This document shows positions 49,016 through 61,299 of a DNA stretch of 64,000 nucleotides, one piece after another; the stretch's first letter is position 1, and each line of letters begins with the position of its first letter. The notes under the pieces are model-generated. The model saw nothing but the letters and a program-made list of their open reading frames with translations. It did no database searches and was not told the origin of the DNA. The translations under genes were made by a program, and so were the position numbers. The stretch lies in the NCBI GenBank assembly GCA_965644265.1, contig OZ286468.1:41106001-41170000 (forward strand). Direction: 5' to 3'. Source of the DNA: Glycera tridactyla. Its lineage: Eukaryota.

Positions 49016-50195
49016 CAATTTCTTTGTAAGCAGTGTTATTCAGGCGATGTACAACAAGCACACAACCAGCCATCACTCTGTTTGCAGGAACACTGAGATC
49101 CTCATTAGTGAGCAGCTGCTTGATCTGGCTGCCACATGACTTCTGGAGAGGTTACAATCAAGCGGTTTCCATGACGCATTGAGGAGTAAATGATCACATC
49201 AGTCACATCAATCAAGCGGAGGTCTTCTCCACTAGCCTCTGAAATACATTCAATGTCTGACGTGATTTGAAAGTGTCGGATTCAAAGGAAAAGAAGGCAG
49301 ACTTGGCAATTGACCTCACTTTACTTGATAGGTGATCAGTTGCATTTGAAATTTCTATGCTGCAAGGCAAGGACTTGCTTTGCTTTCACTCAGGTGAGGT
49401 ACGTACGTCATAAACAGATTGAGTTGGGAAAGGGTGTTGTTTGTCAGCATATGTCACATTTCAGCCTTGAATCAGAAATAGTGATAATATTTTGGCACAT
49501 TGGTTGTTATCCTATATAGGAATGATACACTCGAATCTCTTCACAAAATCAACATTAGACGCAACCAAATATAATTCTGGTAATCCCATTCAATGACCTT
49601 CTATCTAGAAGTGATCTCAAGAGCATCTGATCCATCAAAATACCCCGAGCAGGGATGAAATCACAGAAAAATCGAATCTCATGTTAGAGAATTCTGTTAT
49701 GCCTTCCCACTGAATTGTCATAAAGGCAAATTGCATTCTTGTTGAGGTTCTATCGTGTCATCTAAATGTAAATGGTCAATTTGCAATGTGTTGGGCATCC
49801 ATTTTGAATTCAGTCAATATCTAGATGAACAATATATGAAATTTGGGCCAATATCAGATCAACTTCCCTATTTTTCGAATTGTTGATGACTTCTTCAGTG
49901 GAGTGGATGAATCAAGGTGTCTGTCCTCGACATAAAGAGATCAGAGAGGCATCCAGGATTAATGTGTTCATGTGATGGTCAGAAAGAATGGATCATAATT
50001 CAGAAAGAACGGATCTGGAGTCGTCTATTTTAAAGCTGCTTGAACAGTCTCATGACAACTGTATATTCATCACCCACAAGACCCTCTCATACCCAACTCA
50101 TGTTTCATCTGATTTAGCATGTCTTTTCTCTGTAGACTTGAATTCCAAATGTTTTCAGTTAATATAGTACATACATATATGTCATGTGTACAACC
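49016..50195 (-). pseudogene. Decayed large LRR exon
   Basis: CQNIITISDS, KQVLALQH and GQLPSLPSFPLN. Donor ATTG|GTGAG at about 49016. Confidence 0.55.
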
Positions 50196-50329
50196 TAATC
50201 TGATGACAAGTTGAAAAAAAGTATGCTTTTGACTCGATGTGTTGATATGTAGATAAATAGATAAACTTTATATCAATTTGTCATGTGAGATACACAATAC
50301 AAAGTTGCCCCACTAGACATTTATGGTGC

Positions 50330-50760
50330 GGACGAATAATCAAACTTACAACTAAACATTGCTCTTAACTACAGTTGTACAATTCGGAAGGTGGGATGTG
50401 GGGGGGATTCAGGTAAAGTATATCAAAATGACAGAAGATGGATAGACGGGCAGCATGCACAAATACTCATGTGATGTCATGTGATACATTAGTAAGCACA
50501 TTTTTGGAGATATTGATGCTGTCAGCTTGCTTAGTAGCTGGAGGCAGACGGTTCCAAATTTTTACTGAACAGAAGTGAAGGAAATAGGATATCGCATTCG
50601 TATAGCACTATAGGTATGACATGAGGGAACATTTTTGCCATTTCACTGATTCCTATTTGAGACATCTGAATATCCTACGGAAGGTGTGAATCGAAAAAGA
50701 ATTCACATCATCAAAAATGCTCTGGTTGTACTTTAAAAGGGATGTTCTGCACATATGTTA
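50330..50760 (-). mobile_element. Decayed CR1/L2 LINE 3' fragment
   Basis: Minus-strand translation FCSVKIWNRLPPATKQADSINISKNVL matches the ORF2 C-terminal WN.LP motif. Confidence 0.6.
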
Positions 50761-50789
50761 CCTTATGATCTGATTTTGTCTGATTCATT

Positions 50790-53700
50790 TCAATTGTGAC
50801 ACTGTTCTTTTTACTCGAATCATCCTTGAACATATCTGTTCCCCACTCTCATCCGTTTTTCACCTGAATGTTCCTTTTCATCTCTCTGATATGCAATCTT
50901 TATATATAAGACGAGACCACAATCATAGCACATAGTCATCAATTCAGTAAAATAATCTGATTGCATATCATCTAATTAAAACGTACATTTGCATCACTAT
51001 TCAGCTATACCATATTGGATTTTGGAAGCAGTACATGACTGGTAATAGTATATATTCAGCCTCAGATAAAACATGTATCAGGATCAATGAGAAAACCAAA
51101 TGGCATTCATCCAAAAGCAAGAACCCTGCCTGAGCTCACAAAAGTTCTAGCATGGTTGGTTCTCTTCCATCAAGGTGCATTACTCGCGAGCTTAAAGATC
51201 ATGGTCTTTGGCCAACGAAATCATGTTGATTGCGGTTCATCACATATTCCCCATGACAAGATATTGGATTTTTATCCATCATTGATGCTCTTCTGTGTGC
51301 TGAACCCATCATTCCCCTTCGAATCCTCATACCTGAGTGATGACTTACAAAGTTGAGGGATTCATCTTAGACCACTAACAAGGGGCACTTTACTTTTCAA
51401 ATACTTGCGTCCATCACAAATGCTGTTGGACTGTGGATATCAATTCTGGTAATTGATGATATCAGTAGGTGAATGCGGAGTCGGGTATGAGAAAATGGGT
51501 GATGAATTGATGACTGGATCAGTAAGTGAGTGATTCTGTGAGTGAGTTAGTGACTCAATCAGTCATTGGATCTGTCATTTATTCAAACACTTATTTTTTC
51601 GTCCATTCATTCATTCATTTTTGTATTCAGTCAGTCGGTCAGTGAGTCACTCAGGCAAATGGTTGGTCAGTCAGACAGTCAGGCAATGGATAGGCGAGTA
51701 GAGAAGTACATAAGTGTGGACAGTCAGTCAGTTGGTCAGTCAGTCAGTCAATCTGTCAGTTGGTCGGTCAGTCAGACAGTCAGGCAATTGATAGGTGGGC
51801 GGCAAAGTACGTGATTGTAGATGATGAGAGGGTGTGTGAGTTGATGGGAGGTTGGTCAGTCAGTCTGTCAGCCAGTCAGTCAGTCAGTCAGTCAGTCAGT
51901 AAATCAGTCAGTGAAAGGGCGGATGGCCAAGGGCCTGAGTGTGTTTTGTGAGATGTCTGTTTGTAACCAAATTTGTTCGCTGATATTCTGTCACTGCGAT
52001 TCGTTGATCAGATAGTTGATTGTTGTATCATGTGGTTGAGAAAGTAGATTGCCACCTTCACTTTATTAGTTGGATGGTCAGCTAGTTGGACAGTCTGCCT
52101 ATGATTCATCCAGCTGGAAAGTTAGGTAATAACCACTGCCAGACAAAATCTCTAGCAATCATATCCCTTCAAAAGCAGCTAGTCCAATGAACCCCGCTGG
52201 CTACTTCCAATAATTCAGCATTGATGGTCGAGCATCGACATGGTTATATGGCAGACTGCCATGGTAGCTCTCTCCCAAATAAGTCGAGTGTGAATGGATT
52301 TCTCTGTCAGAATCCACCTTCTCTTCACCCTCTCTATGAATGTCAGCATGGCTGAATACAACTTCATGAGCTCTATGATTTGCATGTGCCAAACAAGAAT
52401 TTGCGCTAGTGAACATATTTGTGACAATCCTGAAAATTTACCTGATTATGTTGGGCATTCTGTTTCTAATGAAAGAGAGATAATTAGAATCCATGATATG
52501 AATATGAGCGACTGTCAGTAAGACCTTGCTATCATTCAATTCTCAAGTGATTAATGCACTTTTACCTGATCCCTGAAGATATCAGTACCGGATTGATCAA
52601 ACTGTCTTGGGCATAGTAAATTTGCAGACGATGCATAGAATATTATACATTTTCTTGAAGGGTACACATGTCCCCAAATTGACAGTTTAGAATCATGACG
52701 GTGACTATCATTTTTCACCCATTGCCATGGCAACGAAATGAGAAATCATATTCGATTTTTGATATTTTGGCCTAGCAAAGGACCATCACTGCATCACTTT
52801 ATTCCAATTCGATATCAACATCTGTAAAAAATAAATTTGAATTTGGTGTTCAAAATGTGTAAATCCTGCTCAAAATCGATACGATTATGTGTTTTTTTCG
52901 AAATTCGAGACCTAACCAAAAATTGTGGCATCAAGGTGGTAGAAAGCAGCATTTATCAAGTAATACCAAATGTTATTCTCCATAAGCTATATTGGACCTT
53001 CATCTGATCAAAACAACCTGAAACTGAATGATTTCGTTGCCATAGAAGAATTAGGACGACAAAATGTCTCCTATATTAAAAGCACACAAGCTAGTCCATG
53101 ACTATATGTATGCGTTTCTGTGTTGTATCCAAGTGATATCAACATCACAATTGCAGACTTGAAGAATTATGGCACACCTACAGGGAATCCTGGAAAGTGC
53201 ATTATTGCTCGAGTCGCAATAATATCAACATATATCATGATCAGTTATCAAGTACATGCCTGCATTTTTGCCATTCAATACTTCGGCTTTATTATATCTT
53301 GTATAGCTTGTATTGTGCCTACGCTATGCCGAGTTCAATTTCCTTTCCCAATATACTCTTTTCATAACCTGTTAACCATATATTTGTGATACTAACTGTT
53401 TGTTCCCCTGTTTTTGTACCCTCAATGAAGAAAATGTCTTGAGAGGCCACCTTCCCACTCATGTTAAAATGAACAATGGTCATTCTCATTTTTTTCCCAA
53501 AAAAATTGATTCAGAATCCAGATTAGATTATAAGCCAGCACATGGAGATGTGTTCGATCACCAGACACAAACCACAGCCACTTTTACCAACCGAGGTGAT
53601 AAAATCGATGCAGTTGCATCGAATGACACAGATAGGCTTTTGCCTTTACAACATTCAGTCTCCAATGCTTGGAAGGCAAATCATAGTTGATGACTTCTTT

Positions 53701-56700
53701 GGAAGTAGACTTCTGGGTAGAATGCATATATTGTTTGAATCATTCTGTCAATCACGAATTCTGGTAGAAATAGGGGGTTGGCATCATGGCAGAATATTTC
53801 TTTTCGATTATCAAGTATTGACACGTGATGTAACATAGAGTACAAGGTATACTGAAAGAGACATACACATTGACTTTGCTGCAATCCTTTTGATAGGGTC
53901 AATGGTTTTTATCCATTCAAACTGTTAGGAGCACATTTTCAAATGTTTCGAAGTCTGTGGTCATGATAATCCTACTTGACAGGTCCTAAAAATGTTGGCA
54001 GTTTTTAAAGGTCATACCATCTTTTTCTTGATTCATCTTCCCACATATTGTGTTCCAGAGTCTTTGGCTCCATCTCTCACTCAATTTTCCTTCCTCACTT
54101 GCTGGTATTATGCGATATATCCATCAGACAAGAGCACTTTGGAACACATCCAAACTACATCCACATCCCTCGCCTGCTATACATTGTGAGAGTGAGGCCT
54201 GGATGAGAGATTCATCACCTGGTGATATTGGGCAATCAGTCTGGTATAAACATAGTACCAAGATTGATGGTATTGCATGGCTTTCATTCAAAACTCAAAA
54301 CCAAGCTCGAGTTCACAGATGTCCGAGCCTAATTGCATGCTGTCTCCCATGAATGAGCACTATCTTTCTGCTAAGTTGTCAAGTCAGTCAGTCAGACAAT
54401 CACTCAGTCAGTCAGTCGATAAATGGGCAAGTTATGAAGTGCGTGAGTGAGGGTTGGCGCGAGTCATAGCTTGACTAGGTGAGTGATATATGTACTTTTT
54501 AGGATTGAATTTTTGTAACATAACTCGTACAAAGACATATTGTCACTGGATTTGTTAGTTGATTCATTAGACAAGTAGCCATTGTAATTGCCCGAGAAAT
54601 CACATAGTTTGCAACGTAATTTATCACTCAGAGTCGGATGACAAGCAAGTTCCCCAGTTTATTTATGATTCATTCCGCAAGATACTTAAACATTACTATA
54701 TTAATTTCCTTTCCAATCATATTATTTCAAAAGTCGCTTGTTTAATGATCCATGCAAGCCAATTTCATGGTTCATCAACGATGGTGAATGCCACGATAGC
54801 CCTCTCTCAAATTAGGAAGAGCCCACAAGGTTTTACTGTCCAAAACCATTAGCATAAATATATCCACTCTGCGTGGGGTCGAATTTTTTCTGAATATGGT
54901 CGTTGCCATCATTATCTCCATCATCGTCTTCGTGGATGCCATCGTCGTCGATGTTGGGTCATTGTCATTGTCTGGCTCATCGTCGTGGTTGATATGGCTT
55001 GCACCATTGCCATCACATCTACCATCAGCACAACTGTCTCCACCACAGATACCACTACCCCACCATCATTGAAAAGATCATCGCCATTGAGTCCACAACC
55101 AGATATATCCTGAGAACTGTCTATGGATTCAAGAAGTGCCCTCATTAATACTTCCGCAAAGGACAACATCTGGCCACTTAATAAGCGACTTTCAAACAGA
55201 TCGTCATCCTATGAGGTGCTCTTGAACTCAATTACTATTCAACACCAGAATCTGTTTCGACATTTTACTGCATACTCACAGTTATGCAGTCTCTCGTTAA
55301 ACCCATCACTCTCGGTAGCCACAGAGATATGTGATCTCCTTGGAGACAGGAGAATATTGTTTGTCCTTATGAATAAAGTATGTGCTTACATTTAAGCCAC
55401 ATGTAGAAGTCCATTTTTGTTGGTTCTCTTTATGTATACTATTACCATTCTCCATGTCATCTTCCTAGTGATGTGTCGATTGTTAAAAGCATTCATGATC
55501 CTTCCTCACAGTACAACAATTCTATTCATATGAACTTCTCAGTTTGCTTTTGCTTCTCTGAAACGAGTTGATCATATTGGTTGAAGGGATGTGAAGCTTC
55601 ACTCAATTGATGATCAACCAATGCAAAAGGTATTTCCGAGATTATAAATACTTGGTGAGGAATGAAAGCAGCCAATTCGAGAATCCTCATGATGGAAACG
55701 CGAATATCAATCATTTTGAAGATATGTCTAGTGGATTCCAGAAAATTTAAAGATCACACAGTCGGATACAGTAGGGATTTGAGCTGTCCTGTCATCAACT
55801 TGCTGATATTCATGTTAATGATTTCATTTCATTGTTTTCTGTACAGGAGATAATCCCTCACAATATTGACCACGCTGGCTCTGGGACGAAGATGCTTCTC
55901 ATCCTCCCGATCTTGATTCTGACAGCATATAGGAAAGACATTTTTGAATGATGAATGTTTCACTTAACTATGGATAATATAACAAACATGACATTGTGTA
56001 TGTCAAAATTTCATTCGAACTTCTCATACATGAGACACATTGATGTTGAGCTTTATGAGCCTATTCACCATCAACTTCACTTTACTCAGGTGTGAATAAG
56101 TACTCGAATCTGGGTAGTGTTGGTCATTGTGGAATGCTTAATCAATACAATTCATAGCTCGATGCTATCCGTTCTTCTTTGGTAGAAAACAAATTCCACT
56201 TCCATGTCCATTTCTATATTCGCCATGGTAGATAGTTTAGATGCCCAAATTTGAACAGGCCTACAGTGGAATGAGAATGCAAAGTAGGAGTTTCATCTTA
56301 GCAGAATAAATAGCAGAACACTAATATTTGTATCAAATATAGACACATTTCCTCATCCTGCTCGTTATGGTAACTCAATCCTGGTATACTCGGTTATTTC
56401 ATCGGTGAACTCCATGAACCAATCACCTCATCCAATCAGGGAAGAACACGTGAAGGTCACATGTGGACCTCACAGAATACTGACAGTCAGGGGAAGGTTA
56501 TAAAAGGTTATAAAAGTAGATGATAACAAGAGCGCAAAGCTGCGCTGAGTGATCTCCGGTGAGACTTTGAGGATAGTGACACGCCCTCCCTTAGCAAAAA
56601 GTTCGTCAAATCGCCATCATTCATCTTTATCACGTACGGAGCCGGGACTACTTTCGCCAAACCAACACTTTGTGTCTGTGATTTTCATATCATTTCACCT

Positions 56701-58080
56701 TCCGTTTGGGACCCAGAAGGAGGAGTCTTGGAAGATCCCACCCATGCCCATTGCATGTGCGTCACGATATAGCCCAGATGGTGCTGACGTGACGTTAAAC
56801 CATAACCAACCAACCAACCAACCAACATCGTCAAAGTGTGTCACATGACTGAAGCAAATATCAAGTAGCTCTCTCTGTCTCTCTCTTGATTCCTCTCTCT
56901 CTCTTGATTCCTCTCTCTCTCTCTTGATTCATCTCTCTCTCTTGATTCCTCGACACCCATTTTTCTTAACTCCATGTATAAATCTCGAAAAATCTGTGTT
57001 TTGGCTGATATGATAGTTTGTAGGAGCGTGAAGTAGTGCTTCTTCTTTGCACCAGGTTTCATGGATCAATGCGCCGATTCATGAATGAAGTTGTAGATGG
57101 CCACAAAAACGAGTGTTGAGAGAATTTCGTATTACGTAATCGGTACATTTCCTCGAATTGTCGTCCCTCAGATCAATAAATCATCTCATAATTGTGTTGG
57201 ATTAGATTATTCGATCCTTTCACACAGATCCGATCAAGATTCGTTTGATTATATCAGCCTGCGGCGAAGTTAGAAAGCATCTCGAGCAGAGAGGTGGCAG
57301 CATAGTGATCTCCAACGGCGATCACGAAAAGGAATCATATGTCTACACTCAGAATGCCTACTTGCATTCCATAGAGTAAGTCAAATGGAACTCCAAGTAT
57401 GATGGTATACCATCAAACGATCTTCCAGAATGGATGTGCTGTCCCTTAATCGATCTCCTTCTCCCAATCTAATCTCACAGATAATGAAGGTTCCTGCTGT
57501 GCAGCCATCACTGCAGGATTTCTATGCAGAGCACGCCTCCCAGGCGAACCTCTTGCAAGTAGGCTATTATTTCGAGGATAGGTGCAGTGGATTGATGTAC
57601 AATCCCTGGCAGATGTAGGATAAGGTGAGGATATCATGTAGACCATGTATGGGAGCACATCCATTTGAATGCCATCGAAGCAAAGAGGAAAGCCAGTCAA
57701 CTGAACAAAATGTATATCCTCTGAGCAGTTTGTCCGAGCTGGGAGCGATAATTGGGTATGACAAAGCTAATGATGACAATGACAATGATGAAGTGCTTTA
57801 CCTCCCACACAAACTTAGTTTAGCTGCTCCGGTAAGACCACTGCTTCCCTTAGCATATAGAGCATGATCCGTGGGCAGTACTTTTTTCAACATTTTCAGC
57901 CATATATAACCCAGTGAGCCTGAAAAGCCATTGAACGCATATAAAAAGAATCGTTGCTATGAGTTATCATGTTGATCAGACTGACACTCCTCTGATGACA
58001 TCTACAGAAAATGCTCCACCATCACCACCTTATCATCGTTATGATTGGACATGCCAGACACTAGATTTTGCCATGGGAGA
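50790..58080 (+). repeat. Segmental duplication unit C, paralogous to 38800-43370; its first 1.6 kb also matches 27800-29770
   Basis: Shared blocks: 51080-52415 with 39230-40557; 54920-56525 with 40860-42850; 57350-58075 with 42880-43370. Confidence 0.88.
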
Positions 58081-58300
58081 CTTCTGATGGAAAATAGTAT
58101 ACTGAATAATTTATCTTTGGGGATCCGACTTAGTTCTCTGTACCACTTTTGGGCCAAGAGAAAAATGATTCCGTCTGATCATATCTTAGGCTATCAAAAC
58201 ATTTTTCAACGGAAACAAAATCCGGAAACTGATAGAAACAAATTGTCTTTGATAGTAAGATCGCAAATATCTGTGGAATTAGATGGTATTCAATTTGACT
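53400..58300 (-). pseudogene. Decayed LRR-encoding blocks (unit C)
   Basis: RTHLHVLAYNLIWILNQFF, SKGLQQSQCVCL, LHHVSILDNR, LWALPNLREG and QILVLNSN. Confidence 0.55.
56529..57350. mobile_element. Unclassified insertion containing a (CT)n/ctcttgatt tandem tract
   Basis: Interrupts homology with 42850-42885. Tandem tract at 56869-56950. Confidence 0.45.
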
Positions 58301-59519
58301 TCGGAAGTGGATGTCCGTGATTTACTGTGGATCTCTGGCAAGGATATGTCATGACTAGTTTTGCGCCTGACAGCTTATTGCTATCGACTGCTTACTCCTG
58401 AATCATCATTTCTTGACATACGTCCTTACTTGTACAGTATGTTGTGGGAAGTGACATAGGGATGGTAGAATAGGGTGTGATGAGCAAGGATTCAACCAGA
58501 ATCTGTCACTGGTGCCCAAGGCACATGTGATTCAGTGAGAGTCTCAGTATAGCCTCAATCGGTGTCTTCACTAGGCAAAAGGTACATGAAAGTAACCTGC
58601 AGTTCAGAGTATCTACTCTAATCCGACATCAGCAGTAGAGTACAAGCATAGTACCTGCATAGTACAAGTTTAGCTCGGAAGGCAGACGTGCAGGAACCGA
58701 CGTCGACCCGTGCAGTAGGACACACTCACACTCACCGGCTTCCCAGCTCTACCACATCTCATTTTATATGGTTTCAAGCATCACGTGACCGAAATTCCAC
58801 TCTGATGTGACAGGTGTGTCAATCAGATGTCCTTTGGTGTGACAGCGGGATGATTAATGTCCACTGGGGGCACCATCTGTTCCTCTGACCGTTTATGTGT
58901 GGGTATTGACTGGCAGCCATGGCTTTTGCCTGGATACAGCCGTTTGCCTGCGCCTCAGCTGCTTCCCTGGATAAACCCTTCTGGTTACCAGCTGGATAAA
59001 TTTCCGTGATACAGTGGCTCTGACTCATAGCTATCCTCCAGTTGTCCCATTTGCCTGTGGTTTCTGGTGACACTATATACTTCTACTGAGATACTGTATC
59101 TTGTATGGTTATACCACATTTTTTATTGAGAAATCTGATGAGGATGCATTTGAGTCGAAAGATAGGTTAGAAAGCATATGAATATCCTGGACAATCCCTC
59201 GTTGGATTATCGAGACGATTGATGGACGTTAATATGCAACAAACGGTAACTGGTCATTGATTACCCACATGTTATGCATTGGATAGGTATATCATATATC
59301 ATGCTGTGTTTGTTGGATGGCAAGTAGCAGCACATCGAATTGGTACAAACAGCTTCCCGACATGGAATAAGTGAGCTTTGTGAGATCATAGTCCTAACAA
59401 TCACTGATTCGCATTCACCAGCATGCGAGGCTGTTGGCATTGTGGATGAAGATAGATTACTTGAAAATTCACTAGTGGACCCATATCGATGGGAACCATG
59501 GACAAAGAGGAATGGAGTG

Positions 59520-59770
59520 AGGAGGAGAGAGAGAAGAGAGAGAGAGAGAGGCGCTGAAGAGTGATAAAGAGAGGGACAGGCAGAAAGACAGACAGACAGA
59601 CAGACAGACATATATCTTCCCATCCATCACTCCATTGCATTCACTCCATCGCATCAAATGAATGGAAGAAAATGTCCAACAGACCGAAGGACAGACAGAC
59701 AGACAGACATATATCTTTTCATCTATCACTCCGTTGCATTCCCTCCATCGCATCAAATGAATGGAAGAAG
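59520..59770. repeat. (GA)n/(GACA)n microsatellite with an approx. 100-bp tandem duplication
   Basis: gacagacatatatctt...catcgcatcaaatgaatggaagaa occurs twice. Confidence 0.9.
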
Positions 59771-60254
59771 TGATGGATCGAACACCAAAGATAGTATGAC
59801 TTAATTTTCTGGTTAAAATTATGATGATGTTGCTTCATCGATTATGCTACTGTTCGAATACAGCAAAGCACATATTCTAGTACTGGTTACATGCATCTTG
59901 CATAGTGCTGGGTCCATAACCATATTCCGCGCAGTGATGTGTCCATAGTTTCAGTCTGATATTTCGTACCTATTTCATTGTACCTCGAATATAAATTGTT
60001 TGACTATATAAATATGATAGGCAAAAAATAGGCAATACTTTCGGCTAGTCTCGGCCAGTATTTCGTATCCACCGTGCTATGTCGGTAAGATCGGCAACTG
60101 ACAGGGATATATCGTGTCTATGTGGGATAAGGGTGCTCCTTGTGCACCATGTGCCTGCCGCATCTTCATTGTTTTTGGGCTCATAGTGCGAAGAAAACTT
60201 ATGGGGTTTCTGTAGGGCATATGAATCGGTCCGGCATAATCATTAAGGACAATA

Positions 60255-60714
60255 NNNNNNNNNNNNNNNNNNNNNNNNNNNNNNNNNNNNNNNNNNNNNN
60301 NNNNNNNNNNNNNNNNNNNNNNNNNNNNNNNNNNNNNNNNNNNNNNNNNNNNNNNNNNNNNNNNNNNNNNNNNNNNNNNNNNNNNNNNNNNNNNNNNNNN
60401 NNNNNNNNNNNNNNNNNNNNNNNNNNNNNNNNNNNNNNNNNNNNNNNNNNNNNNNNNNNNNNNNNNNNNNNNNNNNNNNNNNNNNNNNNNNNNNNNNNNN
60501 NNNNNNNNNNNNNNNNNNNNNNNNNNNNNNNNNNNNNNNNNNNNNNNNNNNNNNNNNNNNNNNNNNNNNNNNNNNNNNNNNNNNNNNNNNNNNNNNNNNN
60601 NNNNNNNNNNNNNNNNNNNNNNNNNNNNNNNNNNNNNNNNNNNNNNNNNNNNNNNNNNNNNNNNNNNNNNNNNNNNNNNNNNNNNNNNNNNNNNNNNNNN
60701 NNNNNNNNNNNNNN
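60255..60714. other. Assembly gap; the others are 2830-3018, 7326-7507, 34068-34278, 38906-39036 and 39946-40162
   Basis: N runs, several of them inside microsatellites. Confidence 1.
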
Positions 60715-61299
60715 GGATGAATGGAAGCATGATATGATGAATTGATAGCTATAAGGATGATTGGTTCCATCAATGGATTATCACGTTGCTATGAAGGAAA
60801 ATACAACATAATGACATCCCCGACACGCACTCCCCCTCCCCCACACACATACAAACTTAATAATATACTGAGTCCATGGCTTTCACATCCACCCCATCGA
60901 AATCATAACATTGTATTCATCGAACTTAAACACTGGCCTAGATGTGGTGTTGAAGGCTATCAAATGACCCTGGGCCAGGATCAGCACCGTGTATGTTATA
61001 TATCCGATGATTATCCAATAATCCCAGGTGGCATGGTATTTAGCCGGTCATAGCCAGCTGCACACTCAGTGATATCAAGCATGCCGATTTACACTCCTGT
61101 CCGATGTAACCACATTTTTGTTTGTACAATCGCTCAAATATATCATCTGAAGATTAACAAAAATGATTGCAATTGGTGAAATATTTATCCTCTCTGCTTT
61201 AGCATTTTTGGTAAGGTTGATAGTGGAATAAGGTTGGGTCCACAGAGCTCAGCAAGATGGCTGCTTGGTGGAGAGGGATGGTTTGCATGTAGTTAATGT

